Positions 41,823-52,387 of a DNA stretch of 64,000 nt are shown in pieces; position 1 is the first letter of the stretch; each line of letters opens with the position of its first letter. Source of the DNA: an uncultured Candidatus Saccharibacteria bacterium (lineage in GTDB: Bacteria; Patescibacteriota; Saccharimonadia; CAILAD01; GCA-016700035); contig CAZHSY010000003.1 of assembly GCA_964535385.1 (NCBI GenBank), positions 18,529 to 82,528 on the forward strand, read 5' to 3'. The position numbers and the translations under genes were made by a program. The notes below the pieces were generated by a model. That model saw only the letters and a list, made by a program, of their open reading frames with translations. It was not told the DNA's origin and searched no databases.

Positions 41823-42773
41823 CTACTTAGTTTTTGACTTAGCCTTATTGCCGTTAGTGCGTGGGGTAGCAAAAATCATCTTACCAGCCACAGTTTGAAA
41901 GATGCGCGTTACTTCGGTGGAGACTTCTTGATTAATAAGCTTATCACCACCCTCAATCACAATCATGGTGCCATCATCTAGGTAGCCGACTCCCTGATTC
42001 TTTTCTTTACCAGCCTGCACAACTTTCACCACCATCTCTTCACCTGGCAGAACAACGGCCCGTATAGCTTGGGACAGTTCATTAATATTAAGCACTCGCA
42101 CTGTTTCAATTGTTGCAACCCGATTAAGGTTATAGTCAGTAGTCAAGATATCAGTCTTATATTTCTTTGCAAGATATACGAGCTTAGCATCGACTTCCTT
42201 GACCTTCTCCGGATCATCTTCGATGATATCGATCTCGACTTCTTTATTCTTACGCAAGCTATTCAACATCTCCAGACCACGCCGTCCTCGGCTACGACGC
42301 AGTGGGTCCTCGCTATCGGCAATATTCTGCAGCTCAGCTAAGACAAAGCGTGGTACGAGTAGCTTGCCCGGCACAAAGCCTGTCTTAGCAATATCGGCGA
42401 TTCGACCATCGATAATAGCTGAAGTATCAACCAGAATTTGATTCTTATGAGCAGCTGGAGTAATGACTTTGCCGTCTTTTTTGACAGTAACAAGCTTAGG
42501 GAACAGACGATTAATAAATGGATACTGCTGATAAAAGACTTCGGCCAATGCTAAAGCACTCATAAATGTCACGGTAATTGGCAGAATAATACTATAAGGA
42601 CTTGGCAGGCCACGAAGTGGAATCGACACCAGAAGCCCAGCTCCAGCACCAGCGATAAAACCAACTGTGATTAATATCAGCCGCTGGAAGTCCAGGCGAC
42701 GCAAACGAATGCCAATGTAGGCAACAATCAGAGCCGCCATAGCAATGACCGGAATTACTAATAAAAAATTCAA
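41823..42773 (-). CDS. yacL: PIN and TRAM domain-containing membrane protein (YacL-like)
   Basis: N-terminal transmembrane helices, a PIN domain (VDTSAIIDGR…) and a C-terminal TRAM-like β-barrel. It is adjacent to radA, as in Firmicutes. Confidence 0.8.
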   Translation of the reverse strand: MNFLLVIPVIAMAALIVAYIGIRLRRLDFQRLILITVGFIAGAGAGLLVSIPLRGLPSPYSIILPITVTFMSALALAEVFYQQYPFINRLFPKLVTVKKDGKVITPAAHKNQILVDTSAIIDGRIADIAKTGFVPGKLLVPRFVLAELQNIADSEDPLRRSRGRRGLEMLNSLRKNKEVEIDIIEDDPEKVKEVDAKLVYLAKKYKTDILTTDYNLNRVATIETVRVLNINELSQAIRAVVLPGEEMVVKVVQAGKEKNQGVGYLDDGTMIVIEGGDKLINQEVSTEVTRIFQTVAGKMIFATPRTNGNKAKSKTK

Positions 42774-42775
42774 AT

Positions 42776-44113
42776 CTACCCTTTCCGTCCTGAAGCCGTT
42801 TTCAAACGAGTTAACGCATCCTTAATATCAGTTAAGCCCACCACACCAGTTGCCTTAAGAGCCGAAGGAGCGAGGATATGCTTAAACCCAAGCTTACGAG
42901 CCTCTCGGGCTCGGGCTTCCATTAAACTTACTGACCGAATCTCTCCGGCCAGTCCCACCTCTCCGAAACTCACCAACGAGCTGGGAATGGTTGTGCCGTA
43001 GTAGGCGCTGGCGATTGCCAAAATAAGTGCCAGATCAAGGGCTGGCTCTGTCAGCCTGAGACCTCCTACGATGCTAACATAGATGTCCTGGTCGGACAAC
43101 GGAAGACCAGCCCGTTTGGTGAGGACTGCTGCCAGGACATTAAGGCGGTTTTGGTCAATCCCCACCGCCGCCCGCTTGGGATAACTTAAGACCGATGGCG
43201 ACACCAGTGCCTGCACCTCGACCATCAGTGGCCGGGTACCTTCCAGGGCTACGAAAACCGCACTGCCGGGCAAATCACGGCGTTCTTTAAGGAGGATCTC
43301 GGAAGGATTCTCAACTTCTGCAAAACCCTGCTCGCCCATTTCGAGTAAGGCGACATCGCTGGTGGCGCCAAACCGATTTTTGCTCGCCTTTAGGACTCGC
43401 AGAGCCCCATATTGATCACCCTCCATAGACAGCACCACATCAACGAGATGCTCGAGTAGTCTCGGACCAGCCAGATTACCCTCCTTCGTCACGTGACCAA
43501 TGATAATCACCGCTGTGTGCGAAACCTTCGCCGCCTGCATGAGTTGATTGGCAATAGTGGTGATCTGACTCGGACTACCGGGAGCCGCCGGCAAGCTACT
43601 GCTGGCCAGTGTCTGGATTGAATCAACAATCACCAACTGGTAGGTACCAGCCGCAATATAGCTGACGGCATCATCGGCCACAGTCGTAGCTAAGAGCTCC
43701 AAATTATCCGGCTGACTCCCGAGTCGATCAGCCCGCATCTTAATCTGTCGAGCGCTCTCCTCGCCCGATACATAGAGGACCTTGCTACCTGCCGCCACAC
43801 TGCTGGCGGTTTGCAAAACAAGCGTCGACTTCCCTACACCCGGATCACCCGAAAGCAAGGCTAATGACCCCGGTACGATGCCGCCGCCAAAAACCAAATC
43901 AACTTCACGTAAGCCAGTTGAGAAACGTTCGATCTGTTGCTGTTCGACCGAGCTTAAGGCTACTGGCCGGCTGCCACTAGTCTTACCACCAGACATACTG
44001 CTGGCATTAGACTCTATCAGGCTATCCCAGCTACCACACTGCAAGCAGCGACCAGCCCACTTACTGTGGGTTACCCCGCAGACTTGGCAGACAAACTGTG
44101 TTCGCGAGCTCAT
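42776..44113 (-). CDS. radA: DNA repair protein RadA/Sms
   Basis: N-terminal Cys4 zinc finger, RecA-like Walker A (GDPGVGKST), a KNRFG motif and a C-terminal Lon-like domain. Confidence 0.95.
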   Translation of the reverse strand: MSSRTQFVCQVCGVTHSKWAGRCLQCGSWDSLIESNASSMSGGKTSGSRPVALSSVEQQQIERFSTGLREVDLVFGGGIVPGSLALLSGDPGVGKSTLVLQTASSVAAGSKVLYVSGEESARQIKMRADRLGSQPDNLELLATTVADDAVSYIAAGTYQLVIVDSIQTLASSSLPAAPGSPSQITTIANQLMQAAKVSHTAVIIIGHVTKEGNLAGPRLLEHLVDVVLSMEGDQYGALRVLKASKNRFGATSDVALLEMGEQGFAEVENPSEILLKERRDLPGSAVFVALEGTRPLMVEVQALVSPSVLSYPKRAAVGIDQNRLNVLAAVLTKRAGLPLSDQDIYVSIVGGLRLTEPALDLALILAIASAYYGTTIPSSLVSFGEVGLAGEIRSVSLMEARAREARKLGFKHILAPSALKATGVVGLTDIKDALTRLKTASGRKG

Positions 44114-44149
44114 ACCCCTCTATTGTACCCCGTCAATCTGTGATCGACC

Positions 44150-46630
44150 TTAAACGACGCCCGAAAGTTGATTGGTTATATCAAGCTCAACCACACCGCG
44201 AGACGCCTTAACGGTGACGGTATCACCTTCGGTGATAGTGCCGTCAAGTAAAGCCTCAGCTAGTCGGTCCTCAACTAGGTTCTGAATCGCCCGCCGCATC
44301 GGCCGGGCGCCATTATTGACGTCGTAACCCTTATCCACCAGTAGCTGCTTCAAGCCTGGAGTAAATTTGAGCGCTACATCCTTCGCAAACAGCCGCATAG
44401 CTAGGTCTTTAAGCTGGAGGTCAACAATCTTACGAACATCAAGCTTGGACAAGGCCTTGAAGATAATCGTGTGATCGACACGGTTTAAGAACTCTGGTCG
44501 AAACGTCCGACGTAGCTCCTGCTCAATAGTACCCTTCATGGTCTCATGCAGGCGATCAAGCTCGCGCTGATCATCTGGCGAGTCAGTTGTAAATCCAATC
44601 TTCGCTTCTTGATAGAGAGACTTGGCACCAACATTGCTGGTCATAATGATAATAGTATTGCGGAAATCCACCGCCCGACCCTTGGCATCAGACAATTGAC
44701 CATCTTCGAGGATTTGCAAAAGCATATTGAAGATATCCGGATGAGCCTTCTCGATCTCGTCAAATAGAATAATGCTGTATGGCTTACGTCGAACCTGTTC
44801 AGTTAGCTGACCAGCATCCTCATACCCGACATAGCCAGCTGGAGCGCCGACGAGCCGTGAGACATTGTGTCGCTCCATAAATTCAGACATATCAACTTTG
44901 ATTAGAGCATCTTTATCATGGAAGATCTCGCTAGCCAAGACTCGTGCCAGCTCTGTCTTCCCGACTCCAGTGGGCCCGAGGAAGATAAAGCTCCCAATTG
45001 GCCGATCAGCATGAGCAATACCGGTTCGACTGCGTCTGATCGACTGCGCCACGGCTTCGACAGCTTCACCCTGCCCAATAATATGCTTCTTCATGGTGTC
45101 AGCTAATTTGCGCAGCTGCTCAGTCTCAACCTTGACTAAACGAGTTACCGGAATGCCAGTCGCCAAGCTGATAACTGCTGCGATGTCTTCCTCGCCAATC
45201 GTTAGATTCTGCTTAGTAGCGTCTTTCTTCTCTTGAGTTTCAATCTTGGCTTCGAGGACACTAGCCTCAGCCTTAAGACGAGCCGCAAATTCAAAGTCCT
45301 GGTTATAAACAGCTTCTTCAATCTGCTCATTGATCTCGCTTAGACGCTGCTGCAGCTTCTTGAGCGGCTTTGAACTTCCACCTCGCTCAATCCGCGCCAG
45401 ACTGGCGGCTTCGTCAATTAAATCAATGGCCTTGTCAGGCAAGAAACGATCAGCGATGTAGCGCTTCGATAACTTTGCAGCGGCTTCGACGGCTTCGTCG
45501 GTTATGCGAACGCCATGGTGCTCTTCATACTTCGAACGCAAGCCTTGCAAGACTTCGATCGTCTCGTCGACCGTCGCCTCGGGCACAATCACCGGCTGGA
45601 ACCGGCGTTCTAAAGCCGCATCCTTCTCGATATGCTTACGGTATTCATCAAGTGTGGTTGCTCCAATCACCTGCACCATGCCACGACTCAGAGCCGGCTT
45701 CAATATATTGGCGGCATCAATCGCACCCTCAGCCGAACCAGCACCAACCACGGTATGAATCTCATCAATGAAGAGAATGATATCTTTATTTTCGGTCACC
45801 TCTTCAATCAGCTTCTTGAGGCGCTCTTCGAATTCTCCACGGTATTTCGTACCAGCAATCACTGTCGCCATATCCAGCATGACAATGCGCTTGCCGAGCA
45901 ATACATCTGGTACATTCTCCTGCACAATCCGACTGGCTAGGCCCTCGACAATAGCTGTCTTACCTACTCCTGGCTCACCGATCAGGACAGGATTATTCTT
46001 CTGGCGACGGTTGAGAATAGCAACCATCCGGTCAACTTGTGGCTTACGCCCAACCATCGGATCAAGCTCATCCTTAGTAGCCTTTTCAGTAAGATCAATG
46101 CCAAAATGATCGAGAGCCGGTGTGTCACTATCACCTCCGCGCTGTCGACGAGCCGCCTTAGCTCCATCGCTGTAGGACGGCGTCTGAGCCTGTAAATACT
46201 GTTCGAGCTCGGTGCGGATATCATTTGGATTAATCGAAATTTCTTTCAGCAATACATTAGCTCGGGCGTTGCGTTGCGACAGGATAGCGTACAGCAAATG
46301 TTCAGTCCCGGCATAGGGCTGCCCGAACTCTTGAGCTACCCTGAGAGCCAACGCGATGGTTTTCTTGGCTGTCTCTGATAGTGCCTGCAGCGTATGGGTA
46401 GATACCTGGGCATTTGAAACCAGTGTCAGCTCTAATTTATCTAACGTCACACCCGACTGGGTAAGGATCTTCGCTCCGATTGAGCTCTGCGTTTTCATCA
46501 CGCCTAAGAGAAGATGCTCCGTACCGATATAGGCTGAGCCGAGCGAGGCAGCAATCATGCCAGCATGCTCGAGGCTATGCTTGGCATTTTCGGTAAAACG
46601 GTCAAACTGTGGTGGTAAGTTAGGATACAT
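44150..46630 (-). CDS. clpC: ATP-dependent Clp protease ATP-binding subunit ClpC
   Basis: Clp-N repeats, two AAA+ domains, a GYVGY pore loop and a KIGF ClpP-docking loop. Confidence 0.95.
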   Translation of the reverse strand: MYPNLPPQFDRFTENAKHSLEHAGMIAASLGSAYIGTEHLLLGVMKTQSSIGAKILTQSGVTLDKLELTLVSNAQVSTHTLQALSETAKKTIALALRVAQEFGQPYAGTEHLLYAILSQRNARANVLLKEISINPNDIRTELEQYLQAQTPSYSDGAKAARRQRGGDSDTPALDHFGIDLTEKATKDELDPMVGRKPQVDRMVAILNRRQKNNPVLIGEPGVGKTAIVEGLASRIVQENVPDVLLGKRIVMLDMATVIAGTKYRGEFEERLKKLIEEVTENKDIILFIDEIHTVVGAGSAEGAIDAANILKPALSRGMVQVIGATTLDEYRKHIEKDAALERRFQPVIVPEATVDETIEVLQGLRSKYEEHHGVRITDEAVEAAAKLSKRYIADRFLPDKAIDLIDEAASLARIERGGSSKPLKKLQQRLSEINEQIEEAVYNQDFEFAARLKAEASVLEAKIETQEKKDATKQNLTIGEEDIAAVISLATGIPVTRLVKVETEQLRKLADTMKKHIIGQGEAVEAVAQSIRRSRTGIAHADRPIGSFIFLGPTGVGKTELARVLASEIFHDKDALIKVDMSEFMERHNVSRLVGAPAGYVGYEDAGQLTEQVRRKPYSIILFDEIEKAHPDIFNMLLQILEDGQLSDAKGRAVDFRNTIIIMTSNVGAKSLYQEAKIGFTTDSPDDQRELDRLHETMKGTIEQELRRTFRPEFLNRVDHTIIFKALSKLDVRKIVDLQLKDLAMRLFAKDVALKFTPGLKQLLVDKGYDVNNGARPMRRAIQNLVEDRLAEALLDGTITEGDTVTVKASRGVVELDITNQLSGVV

Positions 46631-46674
46631 AGAACCTCCTTTATAAACAATTACAAAAGGGAGGGCAACAGGCG

Positions 46675-47898
46675 CTAGTCAGTTTCAGTCGGAGCTGGTT
46701 CACCCTCAGCCGCATCGTCAGGAACAGGATTTTCGTCAGCAGTCTCAACAACTTCTGACTCTGGAGTATCATCGCCAGCGGCGGCGATAAGTTCGTCTTC
46801 TAGATTTACTTTCTTCTTCGTCGCTGTGTCTTTTTCGACGACTGCAGCAGTCTCTTCAACACCAGCTTCATCAGCTCCATCAATATCGATGTTCCAGTCA
46901 GTTAGCTTGGCGGCCAAGCGAACATTCTGACCACTACGGCCAATTGCCAGCGAGAGCTGGTCTTCGGGTACCTTCACCGAAGCCCGTCGTTCATCCTTAT
47001 TAGCATTGACGCTGATAATATTTTTGGCTGGACTCAAGGCATTGGCGATGTATTTGGCAATGTCATCGTCATATGGAATGATATCGATCTTCTCCTCACC
47101 AATATTGGCCATCACAGCCTGGACACGAGTACCGCGGCCACCCACGAAGGTACCAACTGGATCAACGCCATCGACGTTTGACTTTACTGCCAGCTTGGTA
47201 CGGCCACCGGCCTCACGAGCGATATTAACGATCTCCACAGTATTATTAGCGATCTCCGGGACTTCCATTTCAAAAAGTTTTGTAATCAGATGAGGATGCG
47301 AACGCGATACCACAATCTGTGGGCCACGTAGGGTGTTCTCAACCCGAACTACGTAGACGCGCAAACGCTGTCCAGGATAGTAACGCTCCCCATGGATCTG
47401 CTCAGAAGCAAACATAATACCAGTGGTGCGACCGAGATCAACATAGACATTGCCATGTTCGACTCGCTGTACAGAACCATTCATAATGGTATCTTCTTTG
47501 TCTTGGTACTCGTTATAGATCACTTCACGTTCAGCTTCACGGATGCGCTGGATGATGACCTGCTTAGCGGTCTGAGCAGCTACGCGGCCAAAGTCCTTAT
47601 TGTGGTCTTCGATCTCGACTTGCCCGCCGATAGCTACCTCAGCGTTAATTTTCTGAGCATCCTCAAGGGTGATCTCGAGAAAGTCATTCTCCGGCTGCTC
47701 GACGACTTCCTTAGTAATAAAAATCCGTGGCTCGCCATTATCTGGGTTTACTTCAATCCGGACTTCTTGGTCTTTGTCGCCAAAGTCTTTCTTGTAAGCC
47801 GCAATCATGGCCATCTCGATGGTCTCCATAACGGTGTCCTTCGAGATACCTTTCTCTTCGCAAATCTGTTCTATGGCTGATAAAAATTGGTTATTCAT
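46675..47898 (-). CDS. nusA: Transcription termination/antitermination factor NusA
   Basis: N-terminal domain, S1 domain, two KH domains and an acidic C-terminal tail. Confidence 0.93.
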   Translation of the reverse strand: MNNQFLSAIEQICEEKGISKDTVMETIEMAMIAAYKKDFGDKDQEVRIEVNPDNGEPRIFITKEVVEQPENDFLEITLEDAQKINAEVAIGGQVEIEDHNKDFGRVAAQTAKQVIIQRIREAEREVIYNEYQDKEDTIMNGSVQRVEHGNVYVDLGRTTGIMFASEQIHGERYYPGQRLRVYVVRVENTLRGPQIVVSRSHPHLITKLFEMEVPEIANNTVEIVNIAREAGGRTKLAVKSNVDGVDPVGTFVGGRGTRVQAVMANIGEEKIDIIPYDDDIAKYIANALSPAKNIISVNANKDERRASVKVPEDQLSLAIGRSGQNVRLAAKLTDWNIDIDGADEAGVEETAAVVEKDTATKKKVNLEDELIAAAGDDTPESEVVETADENPVPDDAAEGEPAPTETD

Positions 47899-48094
47899 AG
47901 TAGTTTCCTTGATCTCTTCAATTGTACTGGATTTAGGCCGTCATAATCATGAATTCTTGACAAAACTCATGGTTTTTTAGTCAAAAAATGCCGCTCGCTG
48001 CTATTCTTGGTGGTTCCAAGAAGCGACCGACTCTGACAACAGCCTTTTTATGTATGATTACCAGTATATGGGTTGATATTGGCACTGTCAAGCC

Positions 48095-48246
48095 GTGAGT
48101 GCTAGAAGCGGCTACCGACCCCTGAATGCGGCTCCTCTCCAGCACACTGGTCGTCGTCATAAGCTCCTATAGCATTTCACCGTATTCATATACGGCGCAG
48201 TGTTAAGCTGGGCTATTCCTTGACCAGCATCACTGGGAAGAACCGG
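48095..48246. repeat. Structured intergenic repeat, copy C4 (diverged, opposite orientation), in the 500-bp noncoding region upstream of nusA
   Basis: The reverse complement of 48225–48246 is CCCGGTTCTTCCCAGTGATGCTGG, matching the GGGTTCTTCTGAGTGATGCTGG block. Mini-hairpin CACCGTATTCATATACGGCGC lies at 48178–48198. A possible second end GTGAGTGCTAG lies at 48095–48105. Confidence 0.5.
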
Positions 48247-48399
48247 GTACTAGGCGTGAGTGGCTGGGCATTGGATGTAACTAATTCTCGTATATCCTGG
48301 ACGACAGAAAGCAAAAAAGATGTGCTTGATACAATTCAGTAACTTGCGCGCCTTTTATGGCCGCATAGTATCACTGGCATTAGAGGATCTCAATATCCT

Positions 48400-48777
48400 T
48401 TAATAACTATCAACGGCAAAACAATCTTCGTGATGAATAATCTTCATCTCTGGTCCTGTACCAATCACCTCAATGACATCAAAGCGCACCGGACGCTCCC
48501 ACAGCCCTTGCTCTGTCAGCCAACATAAGGCCCCGACACTTAAGCGACGCCGTTTATCAGCCGTAATCGCTCCGATACCGCCGCCGTAAAATGAATTTAG
48601 TCGATATTTTACTTCAACGAAGACCAGTACCTCACCGTCTTCCATCACTAGGTCCAATTCAAAGAATCTTGTCCGCACATTGCGCTCTCTCGGAGCTAGC
48701 CCCTTACTGACAAGCCAGGCCTCCGCCAAACGTTCAGCTCGTTGGCCGACTCGCGTCGTATTCTTTACCTGCTTCAT
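48400..48777 (-). CDS. yraN: YraN-family (UPF0102) predicted endonuclease
   Basis: Restriction-endonuclease-like motif (…FELDLVMEDGEVLVFVEVKYR…). Start taken at the internal Met (MKQVKNTT) to avoid overlapping rnhB. Typical rnhB-yraN pairing. Confidence 0.75.
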   Translation of the reverse strand: MKQVKNTTRVGQRAERLAEAWLVSKGLAPRERNVRTRFFELDLVMEDGEVLVFVEVKYRLNSFYGGGIGAITADKRRRLSVGALCWLTEQGLWERPVRFDVIEVIGTGPEMKIIHHEDCFAVDSY

Positions 48778-48799
48778 TGGCTGCCCCCTCTCGCTAACC

Positions 48800-49411
48800 T
48801 TATATAATCTTTGTAATGAACGTCCGTCGATGTATGACACTTGGGCCATGACGTTTGAGCGCCATACGGTGTCTCTCTGTACCATAGCCAACGTGCATAC
48901 CAAAACCATATTCGGGATACATATCGTCCATCTCGCGCATTAGTGTGTCCCGAGCATGCTTGGCCACGATTGAAGCCGCCGCAATAGAAGCACTCACCTG
49001 ATCGCCACGAACGATCATCTCGACCGGTACGTCGCACTTAAGATAGTTATGTCGACCGTCAAGCAGGATTATTTCTGGCAATGGATCCAGACTCTCTAGC
49101 AACAAGCGCCCAGCTTCAGCTTGGGCCGCCGTGATGCCATGCCCATCAATATAATCAGGTTCAACGTGCATAACCTTGCAGATCAGTGCGTACTCTTGGA
49201 TGATAGCCGCCTTATCGGCCCGTTGTTGACTCGAGAGTAATTTTGAGTCCACAACTGGTTCAGTAAAATCCGGTGGCAAAACTACCAGTCCAACAGTGAC
49301 CGGGCCGGCTAGAGCGCCACGACCGACTTCATCAATGCCAGCAATCCGTTCAAGCCCACGTGATCGCGCTCGCCCTTCAATCTCAAATGTTGCCCATGAT
49401 TTCATTACCAA
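48800..49411 (-). CDS. rnhB: Ribonuclease HII
   Basis: GIDEVGRGALAGPV motif and conserved catalytic Asp/Glu residues. Confidence 0.93.
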   Translation of the reverse strand: MVMKSWATFEIEGRARSRGLERIAGIDEVGRGALAGPVTVGLVVLPPDFTEPVVDSKLLSSQQRADKAAIIQEYALICKVMHVEPDYIDGHGITAAQAEAGRLLLESLDPLPEIILLDGRHNYLKCDVPVEMIVRGDQVSASIAAASIVAKHARDTLMREMDDMYPEYGFGMHVGYGTERHRMALKRHGPSVIHRRTFITKII

Positions 49412-49502
49412 TATGATACTACGAACAAAATACGAATAGCAAGTTAGTTAGAGTAAAATAAACGCCACCCCAGGAAAATACCCGAGGCGGCGGCGAATCT
49501 CG

Positions 49503-50444
49503 CTAGACAAGCTTGGCGAGAATTCGCTCAATGATCTTGGGACCACTCAGACGATAGGCACTCCCAACCTGGACAAAACTGGCGCCATACTGCTGGTAGT
49601 CTCTCACGTCATTACCAGTAGTGATACCGCCGACGCCGATTACCGGAATATCGGTACCATGGAGGCACTCAGCCCACTGCGCCACCTGCCCCAATGCGAT
49701 TGGTTTGAAGGCCGGCCCAGACAAGCCGATGTAGCGGAGTCTATAGTATGCTTCGTGAGGCCTTTCGTGAGCAGAAAAGGCGTCACGATTCACAATCAGC
49801 GCATTCGGAAAGGTATTGGCAGTAACAACACTCAAGCGCTGATTGTGCCGTCGAGCTTCAATTACCACGCCAGCCACCTCGCCCAAGAGTGTCGGGTCGG
49901 AATAGGGACTGAACTTGACATCAAGCGGACCCTGCCAGACTTCTGATACCATAGCGATCTGCTCGTCGACATTGACCGGATCAAAACAGGCGATCTGCTT
50001 CTGCAAGCCATACGTCCAGATGTTCGGGCAACCGAGATTGAGCTCCAGGCGATCTACTTGCCACTCACTGGCGAGCTGCAACAGGGCCTCCAGGCTCTCA
50101 CGATAGTCTCCCATCGGAGCAATGGAGAGCGTAATCACCTTGCCGGAAATACGGGCTTCGTCAAGCAAACTCTGCCACTCTTCAATAATCCCTGGCCGCC
50201 AATAGTACTGAAGCGGCGGCTCAGGGAGACCCTTGGAATTGGCGTAGAGGTGAATCGAAGACAGGACGGTCTCATTGGGTTCGGGGTTGCCCGTCCGCCC
50301 CTCGATTGACCCCGTCAATGTGCCGATTATGACATTTGCCGAGGGTGAGCGCACCATCACACGCAGTTCATCAAGTGTCTTGGCAAAACCGGCGGCAATG
50401 CCAACCGGGTGTTCGAAGGTCGTATCGTACAGCTGAACTGCCAT
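49503..50444 (-). CDS. Dihydroorotate dehydrogenase-family flavoprotein (class 1 PyrD-like TIM barrel)
   Basis: NLGCPN active-site motif and C-terminal GGITTGNDV FMN-binding motif. Start chosen at Met32; the ORF track extends to 50537. Confidence 0.75.
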   Translation of the reverse strand: MAVQLYDTTFEHPVGIAAGFAKTLDELRVMVRSPSANVIIGTLTGSIEGRTGNPEPNETVLSSIHLYANSKGLPEPPLQYYWRPGIIEEWQSLLDEARISGKVITLSIAPMGDYRESLEALLQLASEWQVDRLELNLGCPNIWTYGLQKQIACFDPVNVDEQIAMVSEVWQGPLDVKFSPYSDPTLLGEVAGVVIEARRHNQRLSVVTANTFPNALIVNRDAFSAHERPHEAYYRLRYIGLSGPAFKPIALGQVAQWAECLHGTDIPVIGVGGITTGNDVRDYQQYGASFVQVGSAYRLSGPKIIERILAKLV

Positions 50445-50567
50445 GGTCACTTCTTTCTTGGTAGAAGGTACGAACTGTCTGATTATTCCATCACCACAGT
50501 AGCTCGACAAGCATAAAAAGAAAAACCGGCACCACATGAAAGTGGTGCCGGTGGGAGGACAAAATCC

Positions 50568-51047
50568 TTAGCCTACACGGCTGGGCAAGCCCCAGAAGTT
50601 CAGAGCCGTACCGATCGAGGGCTCTCGCAGTTGAGTCAAGAGTTCATCTCGATCTTTCCAAGTCACCACGTAGTCAGCTCGAACGCCAAGCTCGCCGTCG
50701 CTGTAACAGCCTGAGCGATGCAATACCACCACTGGCTTACCAAGTGCTTGGAACTGACGAGCCAGCAAGCCAATGTAGTCTGGTGCTAGACCAGCATTGA
50801 GCAGGCACACCAACACCGTGCAATCTTTGGGGTCGATCTTCGACCAATCGATGACTTGCTCAGACGTGATGCCGCCAGTTGAGAGCGTCTCCTGATCATG
50901 CATCCTAGAAAATACCTGCCATCCCTGGCGACGCAATTCTTGCAGTACCAAGCTGGCACTGTGTTCGGCGTCAATTGGCGAAGTCGCCACGACGTAAGCG
51001 GTCATTGCTCCTTGGGTCATTGCTTCTCCTGTAGGTGCGGGAAGCAT
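50568..51047 (-). CDS. Hypothetical protein (about 150 aa); Rossmann-like, possibly nucleoside 2-deoxyribosyltransferase or YtoQ-like
   Basis: βαβ pattern (AYVVATSP…). The family call is a guess. Confidence 0.35.
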   Translation of the reverse strand: MLPAPTGEAMTQGAMTAYVVATSPIDAEHSASLVLQELRRQGWQVFSRMHDQETLSTGGITSEQVIDWSKIDPKDCTVLVCLLNAGLAPDYIGLLARQFQALGKPVVVLHRSGCYSDGELGVRADYVVTWKDRDELLTQLREPSIGTALNFWGLPSRVG

Positions 51048-51119
51048 AATTATATAATATTACTACAAATAAGTCAAAAGCCCCTTTGGGGCTTTTAATG
51101 ATTTAACCAATTATTAAGA

Positions 51120-51782
51120 CTATTTTTTGTCTTGATTGCTATCGTCTTGCTTGTCGGCTTTATCAAGGCCTTCTTTGATTTCTTCTTCCGGGAGCAAGGC
51201 TTCGTCATCACCATCAGCTGGATCATTTTCTACACCAGCTGGCTCAGCATCTGACTTTGGATCATCGCTAGTAGCTGCCTTGTCTTCTTCCTTAGCAAGC
51301 TCTTCGGTAGATTCTACGACTGCGTCTTCGGTGTCTGCAATAATTTCTTCATTAGCCTCTACCTCAGCCTCAAGCTCTTTGATTTCATCGACCGTACGAT
51401 TATCAGCTTCATTGGCAGCCGTCTTATCAAAATCAAGCTCGGCCAAGCGAGCTGACTTCCCTTGACGCTCACGCATGTAGCTCAAGAAAGCTCGGCGGAC
51501 CTTGCTGCGACGCACAACTTCAACCTTCTCAACGTTTGGGGAGTGCAAGAACCAACTCTTCTCAACCCCGATGCCCGAAGCGATCTTGCGCGCTGTCAGA
51601 TGGGCGTTGCCATCATTTGGCTTACGTAAACGAATAACTAGACCTTCGAACACCTGTGTGCGGGTCTTACTACCCTCACGAATAACCTGATGGACACGTA
51701 CGGTGTCCCCAGGTTGAATCTGAGGTAGCTTGGTCTTCAACTGTGGTTTTTGCAATATATTTGCAAGTCCGAGTGCTGGCAT
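51120..51782 (-). CDS. rplS: 50S ribosomal protein L19 with an acidic C-terminal extension of about 100 aa
   Basis: The N-terminal 115 aa resemble L19 (…GDTVRVHQVIREGSKTRTQVFEGLVIRL…). The C-terminal 100 aa are about 40% Asp/Glu. Confidence 0.88.
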   Translation of the reverse strand: MPALGLANILQKPQLKTKLPQIQPGDTVRVHQVIREGSKTRTQVFEGLVIRLRKPNDGNAHLTARKIASGIGVEKSWFLHSPNVEKVEVVRRSKVRRAFLSYMRERQGKSARLAELDFDKTAANEADNRTVDEIKELEAEVEANEEIIADTEDAVVESTEELAKEEDKAATSDDPKSDAEPAGVENDPADGDDEALLPEEEIKEGLDKADKQDDSNQDKK

Positions 51783-51857
51783 AACTAGACTATGCTAACA
51801 GATTCATCAGGAGGAATCAAGACCCGAGACTTAGTAATGTCTAATCACCCATAAGTC

Positions 51858-51886
51858 TTGACCTATAAATGATTTCGCTATATAGT
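51858..51886 (+). promoter_or_regulatory. Candidate promoter TTGACC-N17-TATAGT for the 51957 gene
   Basis: Sequence pattern matching a -35/-10 pair. Confidence 0.4.
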
Positions 51887-51956
51887 AGCTTGTTCGATAC
51901 ATTTTTGTGTTCGACGCAAGACCAAAAACGCACCTTTTATACGGAAAAGAGTTGAT

Positions 51957-52313
51957 ATGCCCTCAGACATCATGGCGCTCGCAATTGCCAAGTTCGAATA
52001 CAGGCAAACCGGCTTCAAGGTCAATCAAGAAAATGCCGTCATCACTGGCGTACTGAACAGCGACAGAAGAATCCAGATACTTAAGGCCTGGCCGGTGAAT
52101 GGCCAAGTCGATCTCAACCGCACTATCGGGCATTTGCTTGAGGATATGAAAGCCATGAGCAGCGACTACACCCTGTGCGCAACTGGCGCCCGAGGATATC
52201 GCTTCCAAGGCGAAACCATCGAAGGCGTTGCCATCATCGCTTGTCTCGAGGGCGGCGATTGGCATGAGCTTGATGATGAAATAATTCGCCAGGCTGGCCT
52301 ACTACTAGTCTGA
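51957..52313 (+). CDS. Small cytoplasmic protein (118 aa), possibly Roadblock/LC7 (MglB-like) fold
   Basis: Length and the βαββα pattern. No partner small-GTPase gene is nearby. Low-confidence family call. Confidence 0.4.
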   Translation: MPSDIMALAIAKFEYRQTGFKVNQENAVITGVLNSDRRIQILKAWPVNGQVDLNRTIGHLLEDMKAMSSDYTLCATGARGYRFQGETIEGVAIIACLEGGDWHELDDEIIRQAGLLLV

Positions 52314-52387
52314 CAGCAACCCAAAAAAATACACCCGCTACCTTACGGTGGCGGGTGTTTGCTTGAGAATGTGATAAGACTTGGACT

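Noticed and set aside
48061-48240. Possible 4.5S (SRP) RNA, tmRNA or RNase P RNA in the long noncoding gap upstream of nusA.
   Set aside because: I could not find the conserved SRP domain IV motifs (GGAA tetraloop with AGCAG), a tmRNA tRNA-like 3' end (…GGTTCGATTCC…CCA), or RNase P P4 or GGAAAGUCCGG motifs. The region instead matches the repeat family.
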